DNA of 64,000 nucleotides from Carcharhinus amblyrhynchos (Eukaryota). Of the stretch, positions 25,713 to 39,326 are shown piece by piece. The DNA lies in the NCBI GenBank assembly GCA_965287045.1, contig OZ336872.1, positions 23,064,001 through 23,128,000 of the forward strand. The letters run 5' to 3'. Numbering within the stretch: position 1 is the stretch's first letter; each line of letters begins with the position of its first letter. The translations under genes were made by a program, and so were the position numbers. The notes below the pieces were generated by a model. The model had not been told where the DNA came from, did no database searches, and saw nothing but the letters and a program-made list of their open reading frames with translations.

Positions 25713-26732
25713 TGTGATGTTAGTGTGCCTTTAAGGAAGTTTTTTTTAAAAAAAAGACATGATTTCTGAGGCTCACAGCTTCAGTGATGTAATTGTCGCT
25801 GGCTTGATGATGATGAGTCCTTTTATTGCTACTTAAGTGGCTTGAATGGAGTTGTTTGTGTTTACTCTGGGATTAGTTTATGATCTTGCATTGTTCAGAT
25901 GGTGGTCATGTGTTTTTCCATAGTGTTTTTCTTTCATTTTCAGTCTGGAGCTGCAGGTTTGACTTTTAGTTTTAGAAGGGACAGTGAGCAAAAAGTCAGC
26001 GTTTTCCGTCTCTCGCTATTGTTTTGAAAATTCTGTTGGTTCGCTGAAAACAAGATCTTGTTTTCCTGAATGGTGAAAATCTGCTGTTGTTGGGGGCTGG
26101 AGCAGAGTCTCTCTGGAGTTTTGGGAAGCTGTCTTGTCTTTGAACTGTTCAGCATGAATCCAGAGAACTGCAGAATTCAATTAAAGTCCAAAGATGTGCG
26201 GGTTAGGTTGATTGGCCACGCCATAAAATTGCCCCTTAGTGTCCTAAGATGTGTAGGTTAGAGGGATTAGTGGGTAAAATACATAGGGATATGGCAGTAG
26301 GACCTGGGTGGGATTGTGTTTGGTGCAGGCTCGATGGGCTGAAGGGCCTCTTTCTGCACTGTAGGGTTCTATGATTCTACGACTCAATTCCCATTATCAC
26401 GTGGGCAGTAGATCTTGCTATATTGAAAGGATTTGGTCTATGACATGTGTTTTGGTTGATTGGAAAACATGATATATCTTTGCTAAGGGTTATACATTAT
26501 AGTGGTTGTTTTGTTTCTCATTTGTAATTGACAAACGTTCTCGCTAAATGTCTTACTATGGATGTTAACTATATTCTTAAATAAATGTTGTTTGATAAAA
26601 GCTCCCTAGTCGGTCATTTGAATCATACCTGAAGGGCAATATCTTATGCTTATGGTAGCCAAATTCAAGATGCAAAACTTATGATCCGGGTAGATTCCAT
26701 GAACACTTTGTAATTTGACTGGAACCATAACA
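25713..26732 (+). mobile_element. Solo LTR (Gypsy-like) with a V-SINE 3' half inserted at about 26186-26378
   Basis: TGT...ACA termini; 4-bp flanking duplication AAAT at 25709-25712 and 26733-26736; AATAAA near 26580. Confidence 0.6.
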
Positions 26733-26753
26733 AAATCCAGTGAATGTGTCTTG

Positions 26754-26808
26754 AGGGAGGGAGGGAGGGAGGGAGGGGGTGGTGGTGGTGGTGGTAGTGG
26801 TAGTGGTA
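26754..26808. repeat. (GGGA)n followed by (GGT)n microsatellite
   Basis: Direct reading. Confidence 0.9.
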
Positions 26809-27794
26809 GAGGATCCCATCACTTCTGGAAAGCCTTGTGTTTTATATAGTGAAGTCGAGTGCAACGTCATCTCCTCTACTGTAACTTTGCCCATCTCACT
26901 TTTGGTATGCTCTTCCTGTTTATATTCTTTGAGAAGCTCTTATAATCTGTTTTTATATTGCTAGCTAGTTTACTCTCTCATATTCTACTTTCTTCCTGTA
27001 TCAATCTTCTTGCTATTCTTTTCTGTCATCTAAAACTCTTCCAATCTTCAGGCATACCACTCTTCTTGACAATATTGAGACTCGCCTTTTAATCTAATAC
27101 TGAGCCTATTCATTTAGCCACAAATGGATGTATTTTTCTGTGCATTTACTTCTCAGTGGGACAGATTTAATCGAGAATAATGGAATTTTTTTTTAATGTT
27201 CTAATGTTCTTTAATCAAATTTCCCAAACTATCTTAGCCAATAGGTCCCCATAACTTTGTAACTGGCTTTATTCAAGGTCAATCCTCTAGTATTACCCTT
27301 TTCCCCATAGCCCTGTAAATCTTTCCTTTTTAGACAATGATCAAATTTCATTTTGAAAGCCTCAGTTGATCCCATCTCCTTCAAATTCACAGTCGATGCA
27401 TCCCAGATCCTAACCACCCACTGTAAGAAAATGCTTCATTTGCCTATCACCTTAAATCTGCACCCTCTGATTCTGACTCTTCCAACCACTGACAACAGTT
27501 CACTTTATATGTTAAAAAATTGCCTTTTTAGAAGCTCCCCTCATTTATTAGTGCACCATCCAACAGTATAGCATTCCACTGGGCAGTCCATCAACAACTG
27601 CCCCAATGGTTCCTTCCACTTGTTATTTCTTATTTCCACCCATATTGAGCCTACTTCATGCTCTTGCGAGCCAAGACCTTACTGACCCTCTGTCATACTT
27701 CATTACCATGGCTATCCCACCCCGCCTTTTCCATTTCTTTTGTCTTTTTGAAATAAGTACCCTGATGTATTTATTTCCCAATGTTCTGAAGATT

Positions 27795-28412
27795 CATAGA
27801 ACATAGAACATAGAACATTACAGCGCAGAACAGGCCCTTCGGCCCACGATGTTGCGCCGACCAGTTTTTAAAAAAAAAACACTGACCCACTAATCTAAAC
27901 CAATCCCTTTTCGTCCATAAACCTATCCACAGATCTCTTAAACGCCCCCAAACTAGGCGCATTTACAACCGCAGCAGGCAGGGCATTCCAATCCCTCACC
28001 ACCCTCTGGGTAAAGAACTTACCCCTGACATCCGTCCTATAACTACCCCCCCTTAATTTAAAGCCATGCCCCCTCGTGCTAGCTTTCTCCATCTGAGGAA
28101 AAAGGCTATCACTATCCACCCTATCTAAACCTCTAATCATCTTATATGTTTCAATAAGATCCCCTCTTAGCCTCCTTCTTTCCAGCGAAAACAACCCCAA
28201 ATCCCTCAGTCTCTCCTCATAGGACCTCCCCTTCATACCAGGCAACATCCTGGTAAACCTCCTCTGCACCCTCTCCAAAGCCTCCACGTCCTTCCTGTAA
28301 TGTGGGGACCAGAACTGCACACAGTACTCCAAGTGCGGCCGCACCAGAGTTGTGTACAGTTGCAACATGACGCTGCGACTCCTAAATTCAATCCCCCTAC
28401 CAATAAACGCCA
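27795..28412 (-). mobile_element. Young 5'-truncated CR1 LINE 3' end
   Basis: Open ORF2 C-terminus (LVRPHLEYCVQFWSPHY...LRGDLIETYK) and a (catagaa)n tail at about 27795-27818. Confidence 0.92.
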
Positions 28413-30176
28413 ATTCTGTTCCATTCTCCTCAAATGCAAACAGACTTGAGTTTTTCCAGCATTCTTTGTTTTGATTTATTTCCTGATCTTGGTCATCACG
28501 CAACTAGTGTCTCCGAAATGGCTATTAGGACAAAACCATTTGATTTGTGTCATTAATTTGTGTATCTTGTTATGAAACCTTCATGTATTTAGATGAAGCA
28601 CTTTTAATTTCAACTTTTTACTACACTTCACTGATTTGGTCTTATTCAATGACACACTATTATTGTTTAACTTCCTGGCCCTTCCTGTCATTCTGTTTAT
28701 CTTTACCTAAAGTAAGACATAACTCAGGTGGTCATGACTTTTCCATTTGGATTTACAAACTTCCTCTTATTTGAACCCTACCCAAATTATATATTAATTT
28801 TAAAATCTTATCTGCACATCTCTCATATTATAGTGGAAGTTAATTCATTGATATAAATGCAGATGCCACAAATGAAAAAGGAATTTTTAATGAGGTGTTA
28901 AGGGGGGTTTCATTTTATCATTTCTACAGTTTTCCACACAGTATATAGCAAAATCCTTTTGCAGAATAGACCCTCCTCAACATGCCAACCTTTCAGATAT
29001 GGTATTTTAGGTTCTTATAACTGATCTGTCAAGTTCCATAATTAGCAGTAGTCAGAATGAATGCCCCCAAGCAATGTCAGAATGAATCCAATGAGAAGTG
29101 AAGAAACAAATCCATCATTCTGCTATTGTATTCTTTTCTGAAGTGAATAAATCTGTTTTAGAATTATTTTTCCCCACATTCATCCCTCATTTTCTTGGAA
29201 GTGCCAATTCCTGCAGAGCCAGATTTCAAATTCTACATGTAACAGCAGTCCCCTCGTACTTTACCCATGTAGTCCCTTAGTGATCGTGTGCATCAGACAT
29301 TTGTCGCTAAATATCACAACCAAGTTAATACTGTTCTCATGCTATGTCCAAAATGGACATTTTTGCAGAAGTGGTCAGTGACAGTCAGCAGAAGTAGGGG
29401 TAGACATCAGAATAAAAGGAAAGAAAAACAATTGTCAATTATATTGCAGTCAGTTGAAGCAGACCAACTCCCTTAACTGCAGTAGTTAACTAATTTAGCA
29501 TAGAACACAACATAGTCTATATGACTCACTTTCACACTTGGATGATTTACCCGCTTACACATTACTTGAATATCTCTGATAGATAAACAAACAACTGCCA
29601 TTTATATAGTGCCTTTAGTAAAACATTGTGTGTTATGGTGAAAGTGGCGAAGGCAAAACATTCCTGTTCTTTAAAAATCCTGTAAGTTGAGTTGATTACA
29701 TGCTATGAATCTGCAAGATTCTCTTTTCAACCGTGATTTTCATCATCCAAATCCTATGCCATCTTTTGTAAGGGTGGTTGGGATCATGGTTTCAAATCAA
29801 ATAGATCAGGATATAAATCCATCAGTAGTGCACGACCTCCATTTAAAAGGTCATTTTGCACTAGCTCTGCAGAATTGCTAGATTTATACACAAGTCATTC
29901 GAAAATCGAGAAATAGCAACTGTGATCAGTTTCCAAGCAAAAAAGCCGGGTCTGACTGTCAAAACTCATTGATCCAAAAATATATGGCCCAGTGTTTTAA
30001 TCATTCACAAGCTCCCTTGTAAAAAATAATCAGCAAAAATTAAAAATGTTAACATTAGAAAAGTAGCACTGTATAACAAAGTTCCTGCTCCAATGCATCA
30101 ATGCACTACGACCAAAACAGGAGTAATGGAACACAATGCGGAGCAAGATGAGGAAGGTAACAAAACGCGTTCTCAC

Positions 30177-30205
30177 CTGCTGAACCTGTGGGACGTACTG
30201 AACAT
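30177..30205 (-). CDS. IQSEC1: Candidate alternative first coding exon of IQSEC1 (MFSTSHRFS-S)
   Basis: gcaccATG TTC AGT ACG TCC CAC AGG TTC AGC AG|gtgaga: Kozak-like ATG, strong CAG|GTGAG donor, 29 nt (phase 2), in frame with the exon at 21173, in repeat-free DNA. Confidence 0.55.
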
Positions 30206-32668
30206 GGTGCAGATGAACACCTGGTTCACCTAGATGCACTAACAGTCAAATGATACTGCACTTGATAATCCAGAAAGCCAGATGAAGCAGTGTCTGAGAC
30301 TGTGCCAAAACGGAAAGCTTTTCCAGCTCCATTCTGATATTTAAAATGCCAACCTGCCTCAGATCTTGTCAAAGTTGAATGTACGAGTGCATTCCTGCTT
30401 AAACTGTTGTGAAGGGATTGATCTTCTCCACAGCTGAGGCAAGTGAATACAAGATAGTAATTGTTCTAATGTTATTTCTTGCTGCTTCTTTCATTGCAGG
30501 CCTGAGTCTTCAGCTGCTCAGAACCACCAATCAGAAAGGAGTGCGACATAGGATGACATAGCCTGCAGATAAAATCCAGCTTTTTTTTAATGTTTATGCT
30601 TCGCAGGAAATCAAGCATATCCTGCTATTTCCATTTGTTATTTCCCTTATCATGTGTTTCATTTTCTGCTTGATTCATTTTACTTTCTGAACAGATACAA
30701 AAATAGCTTAAACAAAAAGGTGCCTCTGCGGTAACAACATTTTAAATCAGAGTAAATGCTGCCAAATGTATAAATAGCCAGTATATCCATGGAATTTCAA
30801 AAATATTTCTGATGAGACAACATTGATACGCCAACTTCAACATTATCGTTACTGAATTACGCTGGCTTGTGCATCTAAACATCAATTTGAGCTCATCAGA
30901 CTCCACAACAGAGTCCGAACTGCTAGTTTTTCTCTGAAGTGTTGACTGAATGAATATGAGCCTCATTTTTCCTATAGTCCTCAAGCAGTAGAGCACTGAT
31001 GTATAATATTCCAGATTATTTCTGTAGTACAGATTTCTAAGAGATGTATTGCAATAATCTGGTTCTTGACATTCACATGAGGCGTGCACTATTATAAAAT
31101 CCTGTCTGCTGTTGTTAACAATCGAAAATCTGGGAGTGGGCTGTTTATGTTACAGCACGAGACGCCATACTGCTCTTCTGCAAGAGATAAATGTGCATGT
31201 GATTAGGAGGTTGGCCCTGCATGATCATTCAGTTGTAAATAATCAGAAGTGAAATTCAAACCCAAAGGAAAAACACGTGGAGGAAATGTAAGGAGAAACC
31301 TGGAAATGAACTGCAGGCCTTAGTACAGCACTGCTCCTGAAGCAATTCATTGAAATACGTGATTACATTTCTCCAGAAGCATGGAATCCAGCATATCTAA
31401 TTCATGCTTTGCTGAAGGTACCATGCAACAAAGCAAATTCAAATTTACAGCAGGGAAAAGCTAATGAACAAAGGTATTACTAATAATGCTTACAAACAGT
31501 CTTAAGCAAATACTTGTACAGCTGCACTAAGTCAAATATATGGACTTTATAAAATCAAATTACACTAGAGCTTAGAGAACCACAAGAAGCAAAAATAATC
31601 ACATCTTATAAAGCAAACAAGCTTCTTCACTGGCAAGGAATAAGATGCGACCACTACATATATGAACTGCTGTGCTGCTGTCTCCACAGATATATCAACC
31701 TGCATAGCATCTCATTGCTGAACTAATGAAAGCAGACCATTAATAGTGAATACTGGACTGAGATTTCTTAAATAGCAAAATATCATTCAGTTCCTTCAAC
31801 TCAGAAAATAATTTTAAACCTTAATCTGATAACTATTTCCTTGTATCAGAACATAATCCTGCTTTCCTGAATGAATCAGAAGCATTTATTACCGCATTTA
31901 TAGAATGCTTTTGACTGATTATGTACTTGAGCTCCTTCATAAAATCTGCAAATCAAATATACCACAAATCAGAAAAGCGCTTTAACGTAGAAATCCTCTA
32001 GGTACTCTAAATGTAATTTATGCACATTTAGCTTTAACTGAAAAGGTCTTTCGAAGCCACAATTCATCTTATGATGCTTTATCAGCCCAGGGTGCAAATT
32101 CTCAATACAAATCGTCTTGAAAATCTACAAAGACATATTTTTTCCGTGACATTCAAAAATTGTTCTGCCTGCAGAAATGGTGCACAAAAAATATCTCACA
32201 AACTATTCACGATCAGCGTTGATTTACCAAAGGCCAATTAATTCCACTTCTTGTAGATTATAACCTGGGTTCTCGACAAAGTCAAATATGCCGCAAGAAA
32301 GTATGTACTGAAGGTTGAAAACTGTCCACTGCACAAAACGTTCCAGTAGTGCTTTCCCCACCTATTTTCCATACTGCAGACAACAAAATATCTGGAAGCT
32401 TACTATGGCCTTCACATTCAATCACATTTCAATTGGTATTACCGTACTGGTAACTAAGCAATAGTGTTCATCCTGTAGATGGCTGTACAATGTATTCAAG
32501 TGTCCACCTATTATTAAAATTAAATGCATCCTTCAACAATAACGCATCTACTTACAAGTACTTCTTCAGTAAAGGTTCAACTTTAAAAACAAATGTTTTC
32601 CTGATCATTCTAATCCTAGGGGTGCAGTTTCATTCACAATAATGAAATAACAGACAATACATGCTTAC

Positions 32669-32733
32669 CTCCTATCCAATTCAAGCTCCCGGAAAGACTG
32701 GGTTCTTTCCGACGTACAATGTAAACACCACAT
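32669..32733 (-). CDS. IQSEC1: IQSEC1 first coding exon (MWCLHC-type N-terminus), coding part
   Basis: Minus strand reads tatagccATG TGG TGT TTA CAT TGT ACG TCG GAA AGA ACC CAG TCT TTC CGG GAG CTT GAA TTG GAT AGG AG|gtaagc = MWCLHCTSERTQSFRELELDR. This resembles the human IQSEC1 N-terminus MWCLHCNSERTQSLLELELDSG (from memory). The phase-2 donor fits the acceptor at 21173. Confidence 0.92.
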
Positions 32734-35439
32734 GGCTATAACAGTAAGTAGAAGGGGATGTCCAAATATGTTAGCAAAACTCTAGTTCAGGTAAGCATTG
32801 TTTCACAATAAGGGTGTGAAGTACAAAACAATGAGGGTGCATGTGGCAAAATCATGAATGCTCCAACACAACCCAAGAGACTCGAGCAGCTCAGTATACA
32901 ATGTCCTTTTGGCTTCAGGAGAAAATGAAATTCAACAGTGCACGGAGCAGGAAACGATTGGCCTGTTTGGGAGTGGTTGATTGATCCAGTTAATCAACCT
33001 GATTTGTTAAAAGCTTTTCCCAGGGAGGTATTTGCCATTGGAAGGCAATGCTGTAATCATATTTGATGCAGATTGTCAGTGCAAACAGCAATACAACTGG
33101 GAGTTGGTCCATGTGATGTTGTGTAGGCAGCTCTATTAATAGACGCTTTCAGACTGATAAATGTTAAAGTCTGTCTTTACCAATTTATTGATACCATTCA
33201 GCTTTGTACTGTAGTTGTCTGCAGCTGAAGGAGCTAGGTTGCCTCAAGGTTTGTTAACCTTTTCAGGAATGCACAAATTGTACTTGTAATAACATTTCGG
33301 AAGGTTTAAATTGCTTACTCTCCTGCATTTGCAATTCAATCCGACTCTAATTTTAAGGAAATAAAAAACATAATAGCTTTTCAAAGAGTCATTGCCTTCA
33401 TGACAAAATTCAACAAACCACTTTCTGCTGGGTGAAGTTTCTTATTGTGTTTTTAAATTACTTTATGGGATGTGAGCATCACTGGCTAGGCCAGCGTTCA
33501 TTGCCCATCACTAATTGCCCTGGAGAAGATGGTGGTGAGCTGTCTTCTCAGATCACTGTAGTCCATGTGGTGTAGGAACACAGACAGAGATGTTAGGGAG
33601 GAAGTTACAGGATTTTGACCCAGCGATCGTGGAAGAACAGCAGGCGATATGTTTCCAAGTCAGGATGGAGATGCACTTTTAACCAATTCACTTTGTGATA
33701 GTGCTTTATAAGATTGTGCATCTCATTGTTTGGAGGTTTCCTAACAGACCACAATGGACAACTGGATTTTACCGCCCCGCCTGCCACAGAGCAGATGAGA
33801 GGCGAACAATGGGAAGGTCCATTGACCTCCAGCGGGATTTTACGGTTTCAGGACAAACCAGGCCACAAAACACTGGTCATGATCTCTTTTTATGCGCTAT
33901 CGTTCTCTGATTTGATGGAGCTAGTGCACTTTTTAAAACTAAGCCCTCAAACATCTATAGTACCATTTTGAGCATTACATCTAGAACTGCTCAGTATAAG
34001 CCAATCATTTCTAAATGAAAATACACAAATCAGTATTTTTGTTTAAAGGAACAACCAAATGACATCGAAAAAAATCCCGCACTGATTGTAGGCCTGTTAA
34101 TTCTTGATTTCTCGATCAACTTGCTATCTGAATCAATCAAAAGCCCATCATGTTTAAATTTCCATGCTAATGAGGAAAATTCAATCTGTAGGGTTTTGAT
34201 GTGGAATGTAAACTCTCTCCTTGTACAGTCCACTTACTGAGAGTTATTGCTCAGGGGCTCCCTTATTACATACAAGGGGACCATTAAAATTACACAGCTT
34301 ACCAATGTAGTGCTAGCAAGCTTTCAACTGTCTGTTCAGCTAGGATGACGCCATCAATTATTGGCTTACAGCATTGCCAAAGTCGATTTGGAAGAACCCT
34401 GGGATCTCTGGAATTCCCTCAATCTGCCTAGTTCACATACTAAATCTGCTATGCCAGGCAGCCTTGATTCTGAACCTTTCTCACCAGTTTGGGACCAACT
34501 CAATCCATTGACCTCCTCTTCAAGATGCATAATCATTTGACGACTGTAGAATGCATGTTTGAGCCTTCAAAAGCTAGGCATTGGGTTTTAGGGGCTTCAC
34601 ATAAATGGCATGGTTAGAGCACCTCTAAGTTTGTTATGGAGACTATAACTGACTCAGATTTTACTGCAAAATTTGTCCACCATCACAAAATGGGTAATTT
34701 ACAGTGGTGTTTCCAGGTAATGCCAGCAGATTAGACCATCTCAAACCTTCCTGGTTGGCAAGCTACGAAAATAAATATGAAAAGCACTTGGGAAAAAATG
34801 CAATAACCGTTTCCAAAAGTGACAGAAGAAGAAAGAGGGCACAACTATCTAGAGACACTGATGACGCTGGGGGCGTTTTCTCGAGAAAACGCCAAGGGGT
34901 AACCTGATAGATGTCTTTAAAATGAAATGATAGGACAGACATAGAGGAGAAATTTCCATTTGTGGGGCAGTCCAAAATCAGTAATCATAAATATATGAAT
35001 CCCCGTAAGTGATTCGGGAGAAATTACTTCATTCAGTATGGGGTTTATTATGACCGAGTGGTGAGACAAAAAGCATAGATACATGCAAAGGGAAGCTAGA
35101 TGGGAACATAAAGATGAAATGCACAGAAGGAAAATGTTGAGAGGGCGAATGGGGGGAGACTCATGTGCAACATCCAGCACAGATATACTGGGCCCAGTTG
35201 TTTACTTCTGTGTTGCAGAATTCAATGCAGCTTCATGTAAAATGGCTCCCACAGTATAGCAAATAATCAGCAGACACATTTGATATATGAGTGAAGTGTA
35301 CATCTTGGTAAATTATCATATTTGACAGTGTAATTTTCTGGTCAATTACTCAGCAGTAACAATGCAAGATTCTGCAAATGCATCTTCTATTTTTAAACAG
35401 TACAAATTTCATTTAACAAAAATTACATGCTACATTACT

Positions 35440-35825
35440 AGGCAGCACGGTGGCACAGTGGTTATTTCTGTTGCCTTAGAGCGCCAGAGACCTGGTTCGA
35501 TTCCAGCCTTGGGTGACTGTCTGTATGGGGTTTGTATATTCTCCCGTACGTGTGGGTTTCCTCCACTGCTTCTATTTCCTTCCACTGTCCAAAGATGTGC
35601 ATGTTAGATGGTTTGGCTGCACTAAATTGCCACTAGTGTCAAAAAACGTGTAGATTAGATGGATTTGCCTAAGGATGGGGTTATGGGGATTTTGGGTGGG
35701 TGGGTGGGGGACAAGCGGCAGTGGTGTGGAAAAAGAGGCTGGGCCTGGGGTAAGATGATCTTTCGGAGAGTTGGTGCAAATTCGATGAGCTGAATGACTT
35801 CCTTGTGCACTGTAGGAATTCTATC
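35440..35825 (+). mobile_element. HE1-like V-SINE
   Basis: ggcagcacggtggcacagtggtta...ggttcgattcc. Confidence 0.82.
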
Positions 35826-36097
35826 ATATGTTGTAAGGAGAGTCAAAAAATCAAGTGACTTTTCTCAGTCCAACACCATGATTTGGAATTTCAGACAACG
35901 CTTTACTCGGAGTGCCTTGATGTAATTTATGGTGCCAAAACAGGGCTGAAGTTGGAGCAGGTACAAACTGTGTTTCCCAGACAACAAACAACAATTTGGC
36001 ATGTTAGTTATTCACAATCATTGCTAATACGACAAAGTTATTCCTTTGGATTCAGTTATCAAGGTTGCTTGATTTTGTACAAAAGTAGGATTATTTA

Positions 36098-36330
36098 GCA
36101 GCATGGTGGCACAGTGGTTAGCACATCTGCCTCAGTGCCAGGGCCCTGGGTTCAATTCCTGGGTTGGGTCACTGTCTGTGTGGAGTTTGTACGTTCTCCC
36201 CATGTCTGCATGGGTTTCCTCTGGGCACAATGACCCAAACAGGCGCCGGAGTGTGGCGATTAGGCGGATTTCACAGTAACTTAATTGCAGTCTTAATGTA
36301 AGCCTTACTTGTGACTCATAAATAAACTTT
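36098..36330 (+). mobile_element. HE1-like V-SINE, internally deleted
   Basis: Head and V-core joined directly to the alternative tail. Confidence 0.8.
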
Positions 36331-37829
36331 ATTTTGCTTTATCAAGAATCATTTCTGAAGAAGCAAAGGAAAACTCAACTAAATGTGCAATTCCAATTAC
36401 TGAATAATAATTCTGTCTATAACACAATGCAAGTACTTTATCTAAACATATATGGAATATTGCATTATTTTGACTTTTTTTTTCCCATTATCCTCTTTTC
36501 ATATGGAAGCAAAGGCAGGGGGCAAGGGATCAAATGAGCCCAGGCTTAAAGTCAGGGCATTGGTCCATGGCCCAAATGAAAGGAAGTTTATTTACACATA
36601 TGGGAAAATTATCAACAATCTTAAATACCCATATGATGACTGCTGATTGATATTTGTCACCTCCTCTTTTGAACAGGTTAAAGGATATCCGAGAACGCAA
36701 AATATATCCTCTTATATTTGTCAACAATTATGTTTTGAGTACTGCAGAGCATTCTTCGTGCCGAAATAAGTTTTCTCATTCACTTGATGGAAAGTAGTTA
36801 GGATGAAATTACACAGAACTAGCAAATTATTTTGACTTTTGCAAATTAAACTCTGAACAACCAAGTTATTTCCGCAAAACCTTTGCAGCACGCATGATTT
36901 GAGAAATTTCTCCAAAGACTCGAATCTAACACATCAGTCCTAGTGAAACTGCTGTTCAGTGTAAATGCAACTTGTATTTTTTTTTACAAGGCTTGTGAGG
37001 GTGAGGTAAAATGAATTTCTTAAATTGGTATCAAGTAACACTGGGATATGGTTTCCTAGAAGAGAGTAACTCTTTGGTATCTTTGATAACTCTTTCGGTA
37101 CCTCAGTGACTATTCTTTACTTATCAAGGTACGTAGAATGCATTAATAGGCTGTTCATAGTTGAGTATTAGCATGCTATCCGACAATAGTGGACGTCATA
37201 GCTCAGACCTATCATGTCCTTAATTGTCATTCCATTAAGGGGATACAAATAGTGATCAGAAACAAGAAAGCTGAATAGTTTATCCTTTTTCAGCCTCAAG
37301 ATGCTGTTGCCAACTATACTGCCGCAACAATCACAATGTCTGAGACTAGTTAATTTGGCACCAACCGAGGATAACTGTGTTGGTGCAGTTACCCTGAAAT
37401 GGTACAAAAGCTACATGGCACTATGTTTGTGAAAACACAATTAAATTTGTGACTGAGTAGGATTGAAAAATCACTAGAATTGCAAGCTTAAGCATAACTT
37501 GATGCCCTTAGAAGAATGAAAACATTTTAAAATGACAAAGCCTGTGAGATTGAATATACAATGGTCTTTCTTTAAAAAATACATCAACTTTTTTGTCATT
37601 TCAGAATACCATACCCATTAGTTTACACAGGTATTGACCAGACTTACGAGCCTCAAGATTGCTTTGTTCTGGATCATCAAATTGCAACTCAAAATCTGTA
37701 TTTTGTTCTGGTGAACAGTTATAATGTACTCACCTTCTGTGATTATAAGGAAGAGACTGTGGAATGCTAACCAAGGTATTACAGAACAGAAGGCAAGTCA
37801 TCAGGGTGGGCGGGACAGAAGAGCATAAA

Positions 37830-38880
37830 AATTGCAGTCTCTGAGGATTCAACACTTTCTGCCGCCCAGAACCTTTGACTCCGTTATAGATCAAACATTT
37901 GTCTAATTCAGCCTTGAATATAGTAAGTGATCCCACCTGCACTGCTCTCAGTGGTAATGAATTCTGATGATCAATGACTTTCAGGAAATTCATCCTCATC
38001 TCTGCCTTAAATATGAGGTATCTCATTTAAATGGTGCCCCCTAGTTCTAGATACCTGATGAGCAGAAACATCCTCTGAGCAACTATCCTGTCAAGTGCCC
38101 TCAGAATCTTGCATGTTTCAATCTGATCATCTCGAATTTTTCTAAACTCCGCTGAGTATAGGCCAAACCTGCTCAAACTTTCCTCACAAGACAAACTGTC
38201 AAACTAGGAATCAACCAAATGCACTTTCTTTGAACTATCTCCAGTGCAATACATATTCATGACATCAAAACTGTCTATACCACTCCAGGGAAGTCACCTC
38301 AATGCCCCGTACAGTTATAGAAAAACATCTTTACTTTTATACTCTATCCCCCTTGCAATGAAGGCCGAACTTTCATTTGCCTTCCTAATTACTTGTTGTA
38401 CCTTTGTGATTTATTTACTAGGACACCTAGATGCTTCTGTACCACAGCATTTTGCAATCTCGCTCCATTTATTTAATATTGTGCTTTTCTATTCTTCTTG
38501 CAAATTCACATTTTTCCACATTACATTCCAGCTGCCAAATTTTTGCTCACCCATTTATCTGATCCATATCCCTTGTCGAACTATTTGCATCTTTCCTACC
38601 TACCTTTGTCGCGTCAGAAAATCTGACCACAATACAATCATTCTCTTCATCTAAGAAATTAATATAAATTGTAAATAGTTGAGGCCTTGTTGTAATTCCA
38701 GTGGCAATCCACTAATTAAAAATTTGCCAACTTATAAAAGACAGATTTATTCTGAGTCACTGTTAGTTAGCCAATCCTCTATCAAGGATAATATATACTC
38801 TAACACCATTTCTTACCTTGCGCAGTAACATTTTATGTGGCTCCTTCTTCAATGTCTTGTGGAAATCCAAATACCACAGA
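37830..38880 (-). mobile_element. Old CR1 LINE fragment
   Basis: Decayed CR1 RT and C-terminal sequence with many stops. Confidence 0.6.
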
Positions 38881-39326
38881 TTCAGGCATATAAATTGACC
38901 ATCAAAAACACAAAAAAATCCCTCCAAAGGGGAACAACTTACTTGGTCAGTACAAAATTAAACTGCTGGTGGGTATGGGTGGTCACCATTTTGAGATGTC
39001 ATCAGCAAAGAGTGGTGTATCCTAAATTCCAGTGCATCTTGCAAGACAGCCCATTTCATCACCTTAATGCTGTGTGCCTGGTTATAAGGTATTGGTAAGT
39101 AAAACACCTTTGAGATGTGAAAAACTGAGGCCGATTACTGATGCAAACATAGCGCATCATGGCTGAAAGTGGGGGTGGTGGGTTGGGGATGTCAACTACA
39201 TAGAAAACATGATGTTTGACAATGAAAAAAAGGGTCATTTTATACACCAGGTCAACTTATGCACCATGATTTATAATACACTACGTCTAATAGTTCCCTC
39301 TTCTCCAGCCTTTTTGTTACCACCTG

